This document shows, piece by piece, positions 1-15,287 of a stretch of 64,000 nt of DNA. The stretch is from Paraspadella gotoi (lineage: Eukaryota > Animalia > Chaetognatha). Where the stretch lies: the NCBI GenBank assembly GCA_051294375.1, contig CM119264.1:14348682-14412681 (forward strand), read 5' to 3'. Positions within the stretch are counted from its first letter, which is position 1. Every line of letters begins with the position of its first letter. Below the pieces are notes generated by a model. The model saw only the letters and a program-made list of their open reading frames with translations, was not told where the DNA came from and searched no databases. The position numbers and the translations under genes are program-made.

Positions 1-3501
<3,501 letters not shown>

Positions 3502-3787
3502 CTTTGTTTTTTGCTTCTTTATTTGTATTTCTTATTGTTTTTTTTTATTGTGCAACAGATCTGTTTTCTGAAGTCAAATAAAGAACTTCGTAACTCGAAA
3601 ATCTTAACGATTAATCTAACGGCGTAACTTTAGATTAAAATTTTATCTCATTTAACACTCGCGAGAACAACTCTAATAATATTAGTCCAAAAAAATTAAA
3701 TAAAATAGAGCGACAATGAAGCAATCAGGATAATAAAAAAAAACTTAGGCGAAGTAGGAAAGTAATTCGGCTTTCGCTTTTGGTTTA

Positions 3788-3847
<60 letters not shown>

Positions 3848-4791
3848 GATCCGGTCGAGCGGAAGCGCAAGAATCTGCGTGATTGATCGATCTCGTCCGA
3901 AAGTGAAAACAGTTCGGCGCGGTCGCGTTCGAAACGGATTTGGTTCTAAGGGGTGAACTTAGGTAATATTTTGCCTGATTAACTGAGCAAAGTGTTTCTG
4001 AAATTGCCTAGGTAAGAAATTGATTTTTCTTAATAAAAATATAGGCAAATTTTGATCAAAATATTTTGCTTGATATTTATTTTTTAAAGATAAATAAAAC
4101 AATATTTTCTTTTATTGTTTTTTTAATTCGTTATCACTATATTTTTCAATTTGTTATTACTAATATTTTAAGCCAAATACTTTTCCAATGTATAAAATAT
4201 GATTATCATAGTAGCATGGCATTAAGTCTGTAATCTACTTCGCTACTACCAGAACCAGAACGCATAAAATATTAAAAAGAAGATTAATTCATTGATATTA
4301 ATTATTATTCATTAATTAACAGATAGTAAAGAATTAGTATAACAATGAGGATGCATACATTTAAAGAGATTTGCAATGTACGTAATTCAGTTGTATCCTG
4401 ATATGATAGACAGATTAAAAACCTGCCGATCAAAGATGATGTAACAATGTAACCGCGAAAAAAAGGACTCAAAGTCGGCCCATAATTATTTGTAATCTTA
4501 TTAAAAAATGGCAAGCTACTAGAATTCTTTGCAGAATTGATATGGATTACTCATAGCCCTCCCAAAGCTGATTATATTAAAAAATTCGAGTCATAATAGA
4601 AGTAAATATCCTATGGATATAATTTTCAATAATTGGTTGTTTCTTTCTTTCGTTGTTTTTTAAGAATTTAGAAGAAAATAATTTTTATTATGATTAAACA
4701 TACATGTTTTGATTAATTTGCAAGTCTTTATCAGTGCTATTAATTTGATATGACATAATTTTTTTTTGTTTCACAAGTAAAAGAAGTGGAG

Positions 4792-4827
<36 letters not shown>

Positions 4828-6105
4828 AATGTTTCTAACAAAGAATTAAAAAAATGACAGTGGTCAGCTTTGAGGATAGGGTAAGTTTGAGCAGAGAGAA
4901 GAAGGTGGTGAGGAAAAGAAATTAAAATTTGGCAGAGAGAAAAAAGAGAATGAGAGTAAATTAGATAATAATGTTAATTGTATAATCTTATAATTATTCA
5001 TCTTTCTCTCTCTCTCTTCTGCCAATTTTAATTTCTTTTCCTCACACCTTCTTCTCTCTCTGCTCAAACTTACCCTATCCTCAAACTGACCACTGTCCTT
5101 TTTTTATTTCTTTGTTAGAAAACATTTATTTTTTTTCTCTCTCTCTCTCTTTCCCTCCATCCTTCTCACTGTTTTACTTGTGAAACAAAAAATTATGTAT
5201 TATCAAAATTAAATTAAGCACTTGATGAAGATTGCAAATTAAGTCAAACATGTATGTTTAATCATAATAAAAACATTTTTCTAAATCTTAAAAACACAAC
5301 GAAAGAAAGACAAACAAATATATTTGAAAATTATATCCATAGGATATTTACTTTCTATATTGAGCTCGAATTTTTTAATATAATCAGCTTGGAAGGTATG
5401 GAGTAATCCATATCATATTCTTGCAAAGAATTCTAGTAAGCTTTGCCATTTTTAATAAGATACAAAATAATTATGGGCGACTTGAGTCTTGGGTACATTG
5501 TTACAATCATCTTTTGATCGAGGTTTTAATCTTGTCTATCATATCAGGATACAACTGAATTACGTACATTGCAAATCTCTTTAAATGTATGCATCCTCAT
5601 TGTTATTACTAATTTCTTTACTATCTGTTAATTAATGAATTATTAATTAATATCAATGAATTAATCTTCTTTAATAATTTTATTGGTTCTGGTTCTGGTA
5701 GTAGCGAAGTAGATTACAGACTTAATGCCATGCTACTATTGATAATCATATTTTATACCATCTGGGGAAAAGTATTTTTGGGCTTAAAATATAGTAATAA
5801 CAAATTGAAAATATAGTTGATAACGAAATTAAAACAATAAAAGAAAATATATTGTTTTATTTATCTTTAAAAATAAATATAAGCAAAATATTTTGATTCA
5901 GAAATTGCCTATATTTTATTAAGAAAAATCATTCTTTACCTAGGCAATTTCACAGAAACACTTTGCTCAGTTAATCAGGCAAAATATTACCTAAGTTCAC
6001 CCCTTAGAACCAAATCCGTTTCGAACGCGACCGCGCCGAACTGTTTTCACTTTCGGACGAGATCGATCAATCACGCAAGTTCTTGCGCTTCCGCTCGACC
6101 GGATC

Positions 6106-6167
<62 letters not shown>

Positions 6168-6460
6168 AGAGATGATTAAACCAAAAGCGAAAGCCGAATT
6201 ACTTTCCTACTTCGCCTAAGTTTTTTTTTTAATCCTGATTGCTTCTTGTTCGCTCTATTTTATTTAATTTTTTTGGACTAATATTATTAGAGTTGTTCTC
6301 GCGAGTGTTAAATGAGATAAAATTTTAATCTAAAGTTACGCCGTTAGATTAATCGTTAAGATTTTCGAGTTACGAAGTTCTTTATTTGACTTCAGAAAAC
6401 AGATCTGTTGCCAATAAAAAAAAACAATAAGAATAACAAATAAAGAAGCAAAAAACAAAG

Positions 6461-6766
6461 ATGGCGGAAAAGGATTCGTTGGGAGACGCGTCCGATCTCA
6501 TTGCGGTCAGTATATCATTTAATTCGTCTCATAAACCGAATCAAGCTGCCGACCAAAAAAAAAAAAGAAAAAAAACGAAAAAAAACTGGGAATGTTAAGC
6601 AGAAAAAAAAGTAAACCAAATGTAACCGACATTAAAAAAAAAGCGAAATAAATAAGAGAAAAATGGGGAAGATTAAGATGAATTTTTAATGAGGGAAAAA
6701 CAAAAAGCGAAACACGAAACACATAACAACGCAAAAAAAAAACTAGACATTATCATTAGTCTCTCT

Positions 6767-6836
<70 letters not shown>

Positions 6837-8179
6837 GCAGTACAGGAAACACCACAGAGAAAATAAACCCGAAAACACGCTGGTTGGGACGAGAGAACAT
6901 TCTTCAGACTTTGCACCCCGCTGGTAAGTCGTTACTTACTCTTTCATCCGACCCGCTGCTTTCTTCTCTTTCTGCCTTTCCTTCTCACATCCGTCTCTGC
7001 TTCAATACATTCTTCCCACTTTTACCTTTCTGTCTTTTTTTTTATTATTAATTAGTATTTTAAGCATCTCTGTGTTTTAAAAATACTAATGACTTTTTTT
7101 TTAATCAAAAGAAACCTAGTGGCGAGACAGCGTTTCGTGACGAGTCTAGTTTCACGCTAAATCTCATTTGATCCGTCCATTAAGGTTCGAACGTGAGTAA
7201 TTTCACAGATGAAACGATCACGATATTGATATCTGTGAGATCTTTATGTTCGAGCCATCCTCTCCGGTAGATTCATTTCTTTCGATCTTAAGAATTTAGA
7301 ATAATATTGAAATTTCTGTTTTCAAGCAAATAGACGTTTTCGTTTGGTTATTGTTATATCCACGGTAAAACTATTTAAAAAGAATAATACTGCTTCGTCA
7401 CCGGGGTGTCCTGACGTAGTTTATACTTTCACTCCCATTTTCTCTGGTGCTTCACTCCACTTCCACCCCCTTGCTATCTAAACCATTTTACTACCTCCTC
7501 ACTCACTCACTCACTGCGGCTCCTTCCTTCCCTCTCTTCGCCCCCCCCGCCCCCCCCCTAAGACAAAACTACGGTTTCGACGAGATCAACGAGAGGAGAC
7601 GATGTTCGAATTTCACTTCGACATCGACGAATTGGAGAAGAAGACGCGGCCGCCAACGAGCGAGAGCCTTCTGAGGAGAAGGAGATGAGCGAGGGGAAGG
7701 CGGAGAAGAAAGGGGAGGTCGCCCCGGGCGAGGGAGAGGGAGGAGAGGCGGTGGTCGAAGTCGCGGGAGTGTCGGAGGGAGATGGAGTGAAGGAGGGAGA
7801 GGGAGTGAAGGAGGAAGCGGGGCTGACGGAGGGAGATGGAGTAAAGGAGGGAGAGGGAGTGAAGGAGGAAGCGGGGCTGACGGAGGGAGATGGAGTGAAG
7901 GAGGGAGAGGGAGTGAAGGAGGAAGCGGGGCTGACGGAGGGAGAGGCCGGGGAGATGAGGGAGGACGAGGCCGGAAATCTGGAGGACCAGGGGAATCTCT
8001 CGAGGTTGTTGTTGTTGTTGTTGTTGTTTTTGTCGTCGTCATCGTCGGCGTCGTCGTCGACGACAACGAGTGAAGTTTTTTGCCGTGATTTTTCCCCTTG
8101 ATGTTTAATTTTTTCCCTTCCCGATACTGTCATTAATTTATTTTTTCAACAAACTCTTCTTTGAAATTTCCATTCTCTC

Positions 8180-8210
<31 letters not shown>

Positions 8211-10429
8211 TTCTCTCCTCTCTCTCTCTACTCTCTCTCTTTAATACCGACACCCTCTCTCATTCAAGGAGCAAGAGACAAGCCACGACGTGAGTGTCTT
8301 CGATTCTGAAGTGCCGAGCAAAACTGTTCTTCCCGGTCCGCTCCGGTGAACACTCTGTCGGTCGGACGCGAGGTGCGTCCGGAACTGCAGCTTGCTCTCT
8401 CTCTCTGATCAACGAGCTCCTCTCGTTTTGATGCTGGTTACGATGAATGTATTATTGTGGAATAGAGGAGAGACCAAATAGCTTTTTTCTTTAACCCGCT
8501 AAATTATTTATTTTCCATCATTATCATAACAGCATTGTCAACAATTATAGATATCCCTTCTTTCTCAGCGATCTTTATCTATGACATGATCCAGGCGGCC
8601 ATCTTGGAAGGATCTTTCGAAGTCCATCGCGCCTTTAGAATCGATGGACGACGGAAGTTCCGTCCCCACGCGGGGCGCCGACGCCGATCCGCCGACGCGC
8701 CGATGAACCGACGATGCCGATGACGCCGCCTGACGTTCAGTGGGATCAGCGAGAGTCCGAGCCGATCACCTTCGAGATTCAGGGACATCGAAAGCGGCGT
8801 CGAAAGAAGCGCGTCGGAAAGCGGACACCGTCATCTCTCCGCCAAAGCCGCCGCTGTCTTTAGGGAGAGGAAGGCGTTGTTGGGGAGACCGCCGGAGACG
8901 AGAGGGTCGGACTTGATGATGACAAAGGGTCCGGCTCCCACAGCCGCGGCGTTGGATATATTTTGGAACGGGTATTGGAATGATAAAGGATTTTGAATGG
9001 ACGATGCAAACTTGGTCTGGTTGGCCTTTGACATCGTTGTCACTACTTTTTAGTAATGGAAACTGTTTTGAAACTTCAAATCAAATCCTTTTTTTAAAAA
9101 AAAAATTGTCCAATATTAAACGTGGAGGAGACGCGAACCAAGGACCTGTTCGTTTAAATCCCTTCGTCCAAGAATGACCGAAACTTCGTGGCGTCTTTCT
9201 CGTCGTCGACCTCTCTCATTCTTCATTGCGAGAGATGACAGGCCGGGATATTCCGCCGAATAGTTTGTCAATGCCCTCTTTAATGCCACGCCCCTTTCCT
9301 CTCTCCCCCCTCGCCACCGCCCCCCCCCCGACGTCCTTTCAGGCGGCATCAACAAGAACGTCGCTCCCGTGAACCTCACCGTCTACGAAGTGGAAGAGAA
9401 AGAGGACGACATATACTCTCGCGTCACAAACGCCGACGCCAACGCCAACGCCAACGCCAACGACGACGACGACGACGAGGAAGAAAACACTAATGCCGTC
9501 CAGAAAGAGAGGAGGACGACGAAGAGGACGACGACGATGAAGAAGAGAAACTGAACATTCGTCAGGAAAATCGGTTACGCCTGCGCGCAGGTTTTATTTT
9601 TTTTTTTCTCTCCAACGAGGATTTTTCATTTCTGTTCTAAACCCTTAATTTTTTTTAAATTTTCCCATCGCCATTTTTTTTTTTTAAAGAACGGTTCTCA
9701 TTTGTTTCCAGTCACCTCACAACCGGAATTTTTTTTTTTTTTTTCGGTTCCATCTCGGTGCCTTTTTTTTTCTGTATTATTCCGTAATTTTTTTTCGTTT
9801 TCCGCCGTTGCTGTTGAACTGCCTTTTTTTCCCTTATTTCCATTTTTTTCCCCGTTTATCTTTATCCAACCGCCCCCCTCTCCTTCTCTTCTCCTCCTCC
9901 TCCTCCTCGTGACCCTCAGGTCCTCGTGGTTCTGGACCTCGCCACCGGAAATCAGAGAATCCTCCAAGGTCACGGAGGCGAAGTCAGCGCCGTCTGCGTC
10001 AGCGAAGACAAGAAGTGGCTCGCCACGGCCCGATAAAGGTTAGGGATTACGTTATGGATTAGGGGTAGAGATTCGGTTAATGTTTTTGGGTTGAAGGGTA
10101 GGGTTTTAGATTAAGGATTGTGGTTAGGGAAAAGGGTTTACTGTTTTGGGTTATGGATTAAGCTAGGGTTAAGAATTAGGGATATTGGAATGTCGGTTGG
10201 GTCGCTGAATTAGGGTAAAAAATTAAGGGTCAAATTAAGTTCAGTTATTAAGGAAAAGAAATAGGCGCTTTTGTAAAAGAGATCTCAAAACTTTCACGTT
10301 CCATGTCGTTGGATGGAACGAACGACGCTCAGGTTCTTCAAATTCGATCATCGTTTGGGAAACGAACGAATATTTTCCCGTCAAAACGATTTTCATGGAT
10401 GAACTGGAGAGGGAAGACGTGCATCCCAA
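6461..10429 (+). CDS. CFAP251: Multi-exon gene: N-terminal PP1 inhibitor-2-like segment, acidic repeat linker, then the start of the CFAP251/WDR66-like WD40 region (3' incomplete)
   Basis: Exons 6461-6505, 6846-6923, 7563-8004, 8269-8372, 8595-8971, 9343-9590, 9920-10038 and 10333-10429 all have GT-AG borders. Phases are compatible when the consensus of the available copies is used to fix single-base indels; exon 7 is single-copy here and needs one extra C at ~10031 removed. Translation ALDIFWTGGINKN...RQEIGYACAQVLVVLDLATGNQRILQGHGGEVSAVCVSEDKKWLATADKGSSNSIIVWETNEYFPVKTIF resembles recalled WDR66/CFAP251 ([36 protein letters not shown]...PVHTIF). Confidence 0.8.
6846..7620 (+). CDS. Protein phosphatase inhibitor-2 (PPP1R2/IPP-2)-like motif encoded by exons 2-3
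   Basis: The spliced consensus [33 protein letters not shown] matches the recalled I-2 signature [33 protein letters not shown]. The junction GCTG|gtaagt...ag|ACAAAGACTACGG rebuilds the Asp codon. Confidence 0.75.
7773..7934 (+). repeat. Coding 54-bp tandem repeat x3 (18 aa, EGDGVKEGEGVKEEAGLT)
   Basis: Units start at 7773, 7827 and 7881 and keep the frame. The repeat is also present in both minus-strand copies. Confidence 0.9.
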
Positions 10430-10459
10430 GTTAGTTTGGGGAGAGAGAGAAGAGAGGAG

Positions 10460-10513
<54 letters not shown>

Positions 10514-10517
10514 GAGA

Positions 10518-10570
<53 letters not shown>

Positions 10571-10886
10571 TTTTAATTTCCAAGTCGTTAATGGCGATGA
10601 ACCGAAAAATAACCCACGATGACGATCAATACGTACAGGGGCGTACAAAATAGCAGAAGACCATAAACGAAAAGGCGAAAAGCCGATGGAGTTAAGGATG
10701 ACATCGACGCATCTTGACGAATGAGAGGAAAGGGGAGAACGAGAAGAGTCGCCGTCCAGCGCCGGCGGATATAAATGATTCCGTGTCGAAACAAAAAGGG
10801 AAAAATCATATTTCTTTGTTTTTCTTTTTTTTTTTGTTTACTCAGCAAAGACTTGAGATTAAAAGACAATCTTATCGTTGATGAAA

Positions 10887-10983
<97 letters not shown>

Positions 10984-11735
10984 GAAAGAAACAAAGAAAG
11001 TGCGGCGGTGATGAGGTAATTGTCAGATCCATTATCCGATGGGATTTCAATCATCAACGAATGGGATAAACAATGACAGTCGCTTGTTTGGGGAGAGATT
11101 TCGCCAATTGTTCTTTTCTCATGGATTTAATTTCTTCAAGGTGTGGAAAATTATAATAAGTGTGGAAGAAATCGTTCAAGCCCAGTTTTCCCTAAACATA
11201 ACATTTCTTTTTATTACTAATTCAATTGAAATATGACAAATTAGATTTTATTTTTAAACCTTTTCAATGAATTTTTTCTTTACTGATTATTGATAATATT
11301 CAGTAATAACGCCCAGTTTGTGAAATATTATTTCGTTTTTATCCATCAATTTTTTTTTTTGCTCTTTTTTTTTGTCGTTCTCCGAGCCCTCTTACGTCGA
11401 TGAGAGAAAATGTCTTTGATTAAAACGATTTTCTCGCACCTGTTTCTCGGCACCTCCGGCGGCACCTGCGCCGATCGTTAAAATTCTGCCAGCTTCTCTT
11501 ATGTGTTCACCGACTACAAAACTGTTTCCTTCTCTCTCTCTTCTCTCTCCTCTCTCTCTCTCATCTCTCTCTCTCTCTCTCTCTTCGGNNNNNNNNNNNN
11601 NNNNNNNNNNNNNGAAAGAAAAAAGCTATTTGGTCTCTCCTCTATTCCACATAATACACATTCATCGTAACCAGCATCAAAACGAGAGGAGCTCGTTTTG
11701 ATCAGAGAGAGAGAGCAAGCTTCAGTCCGACGCAC

Positions 11736-11864
11736 CTCGCGTCCGACCGACAGAGTGTTCACCGGAGCGGACCGGAAGAACAGTTTTGCTCGGCACTTCA
11801 GAATCGAAGACACTCACGTCGTGGCTTGTCTCTTGCTCCTTGAATGAGAGAGCGTGTCGGTATT

Positions 11865-11909
<45 letters not shown>

Positions 11910-13266
11910 AAGAGAGAGAGAGAGAGAGAATGGAAAATTTCAAAGAAGAGTTTGTTGAAAAAATAAATTAATGACAGTATCGGGAAGGGAAAAATTAAAC
12001 ATCAAGGGAAAAATCGACGGCAAAAACTTCACTCGTTGTCGTCGACGACGACGCCGACGATGACGACGACAAAAACAACAACAACAACAAACAACAACCT
12101 CGAGAGATTCCCCTGGTCCTCCCAGATTTCCGCCTCGTCCTCCCTCATCTCCCCGGCCTCTCCCTCCGTCAGCCCCGCTTCCTCCTCACTCCCTCTCCCT
12201 CCTTCACTCCATCTCCTCCGTCAGCCCCGCTTCCTCCTTCACTCCCTCTCCCTCCTCTTACTCCATCTCCCTCCGTCACCCCGCTTCCTCCTTCACTCCC
12301 TCTCCCTCCTCACTCCATCTCCCTCCGACACTCCCGCGACTTCGACCACCGCCTCTCCTCCTCCTCCCTCGCCCGGGGCGACCTCCCCTTCTTTCTCCCC
12401 TTCCCCTCGCTCATCTCCTTCTCCTCAGAAGGCTCTCGCTCGTTGGCGGCCGCGTCTTCTTCTCCAATTCGTCGATGTCGAAGTGAAATTCGAACATCGT
12501 CTTCCTCTCGTTGATCTCGTCGAAACCGTAGTCTTTGTCTTAGGGGGGGGGCGGGGGGGGGAGAGAGAGAAGGAAGGAGCCGCAGTGAGTGAGTGAGTGA
12601 GGAGGTAGTAAAATGGTTTAGATAGCAAGGGGGTGGAAGTGGAGTGAAGCACCAGAGAAAATGGGAGTGAAAGTATAAAACTACGTCAGGACACCCCCGT
12701 GGACGAAGCAGTATTATTTCTGTTTTAAATAGTTTTACCGTGGATATAACAATAACAAAACGAAAACGTCTATTTGCTTGAAAACAGAAATTTCAATATT
12801 ATTCTAAATTCTTAAGATCGAAAGAAATGAATCTACCGGAGAGGATGGCTCGAACATAAAGATCTCACAGATATTCAATATCGTGATCGTTTCATCTGTG
12901 AAATTACTCACGTTCGAACCTAATGGACGGATCAAATGAGATTTAGCGTGAAACTAGACTCGTCACGAAACGCTGCTCGCCACTAGGTTTCTTTTGATTT
13001 AAAAAAAATCATTAGTATTTTTAAAAACACAGAGATGCTTAAAATACTAATTAATAAAAAAAAAAAGACAGAAAAGGTAAAATGGAAGAATGTATTGAAG
13101 CAGAGACGGATGTGAGAAGGAAAGGCAGAAAGAGAAGAAAGCAGCGGGTCGGATGAAAGAGTAAGTAACGACTTACCAGCGGGTGCAAAGTCTGAAGAAT
13201 GTTCTCCTCGTCCCAACCAGCGTGTTTTCGGGTTATTTTTCTCTGTGGTGGTTTCCTGTACTGCGT

Positions 13267-13322
<56 letters not shown>

Positions 13323-13627
13323 CTAATGATAATGTCTATTTTTTTTTTTTTTGCGTTGTTATGGTGTTTCGTGTTTCGCTTTTGTTTTCTCCTCATTAAA
13401 AATTCATCTTAATCTTCCCCATTTTTTCTCTTATTTATTTCGCTTTTTTTTTAATGTCGGTTACATTTGGTTTACTTTTTTTTCTGCTCTAACATTCCCA
13501 GTTTTTTTTTCGTTTTTTTTCTTTTTTTTTTTTGGTCGGCAGCTTGATTCGGTTTATGAGACGAATTAAATGATATACTGACCGCAATGAGATCGGACGC
13601 GTCTCCCAACGAATCCTTTTCCGCCAT
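11736..13627 (-). CDS. Exons 1-4 of the I-2-like/CFAP251-like gene (third copy, truncated at the gap)
   Basis: ATG at 13627 ([15 protein letters not shown]). Same exons and splice sites as 6461-8372, with indel errors. Confidence 0.65.
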
Positions 13628-13911
13628 CTTTGTTTTTTGCTTCTTTATTGTATTTCTTATTGTTTTTTTTTATTGTGCAACAGATCTGTTTTCTGAAGTC
13701 AAATAAAGAACTTCGTAACTCGAAAATCTTAACGATTAATCTAACGGCGTAACTTTAGATTAAAATTTTATCTCATTTAACACTCGCGAGAACAACTCTA
13801 ATAATATTAGTCCAAAAAAATTAAATAAAATAGAGCGACAATGAAGCAATCAGGATATAAAAAAAAAACTTAGGCGAAGTAGGAAAGTAATTCGGCTTTC
13901 GCTTTTGGTTA

Positions 13912-13972
<61 letters not shown>

Positions 13973-14073
13973 ACGATCCGGTCAGCGGGAAGCGCAAGAA
14001 TCTGCGTGATTGATCGATCTCGTCCGAAAGTGAAAACAGTTCGGCGCGGTCGCGTTCGAAACGGATTTGGTTC

Positions 14074-15248
14074 TAAGGGGTGAACTTAGGTAATATTTGC
14101 CTGTATTAACTGAGCAAAGTGTTTCTGAAATTGCCTAGGTAAAGAAATGATTTTTCTTAATAAAATATAGCAATTTCGAATCAAAATATTTTGCTTATAT
14201 TTATTTTTAAAGATAAATAAAACAATATATTTCTTTTATTGTTTTAATTTCGTTATCAACTATATTTTTCAATTTGTTATTACTATATTTTAAGCCCAAA
14301 AATACTCTTTCCCCAGATGGTATAAAATATGATTATCAATAGTAGCATGGCATTAAGTCTGAATCTACTTCGCTACTACCAGAACCAGAACCAATAAAAT
14401 TATTAAAGAAGATTAATTCATTGATATTAATTAATAATTCATTAATTAACAGATAGTAAAGAAATTAGTAATAACAATGAGGATGCATACATTTAAAGAG
14501 ATTTGCAATGTACGTAATTCAGTTGTATCCTGATATGATAGACAAGATTAAAACCTCGATCAAAAGATGATGTAACAATGTACCCCAAGACTCAAGTCGC
14601 CCATAATTATTTTGTATCTTATTAAAAATGGCAAAGCTTACTAGAATTCTTTGCAGAATATGATATGGATTACTCCATACCTCCCAGCTATTATATTAAA
14701 AAATTCGAGCTCAATATAGAAAGTAAATATCCTAATGATATAATTTTCAAATATTGTGTTGTTTCTTTCTTTCGTTGTGTTTTTAAGATTTGGAGAGAAA
14801 TGATTTTTATTATGATTAAACATACATGTTTCGACTTAATTTCAAATCTTCATCAGTGCTTATTTAATTTTGATAATACATAATTTTTTGTTTCACAAGT
14901 AAACAGTGAGAAGGATGGAGGGAAAGAGAGAGAGAGAAAAAATAAATGTTTCTAACAAAGAAATAAAAAAAGGACAGTTGGTCAGTTTGAGGATAGGGTA
15001 AGTTTGAGCAGAGAGAGAGAGAGTGGTGAGGAAAAGAAATTAAAATTGGCAGAGAGAAGAGAGAGAAGATGCAGGTCAACAATTAGATCAATACATTATA
15101 CATCTTATACATCTTATACATTATTCATCTTTTTTCTCTCTGCCAAATTTCAATTTCTTTTCCTCACACTTCTTTCTCTCTGCTCAAACTTACCCTATCC
15201 TCAAAGCTGACCACTGTCATTTTTTTAATTCTTTGTTGGAAACATTTA

Positions 15249-15287
<39 letters not shown>

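Noticed and set aside
6461-10429. Pseudogene call based on frameshifts
   Set aside because: The indels differ among the three copies and fall mostly in homopolymers. The consensus is open, so sequencing error is more likely.
10430-11588. Continuation of CFAP251 exons after exon 8
   Set aside because: No in-phase exon resembling the next WD40 repeat was found by eye. The sequence may be misjoined at the (AG)n tract.
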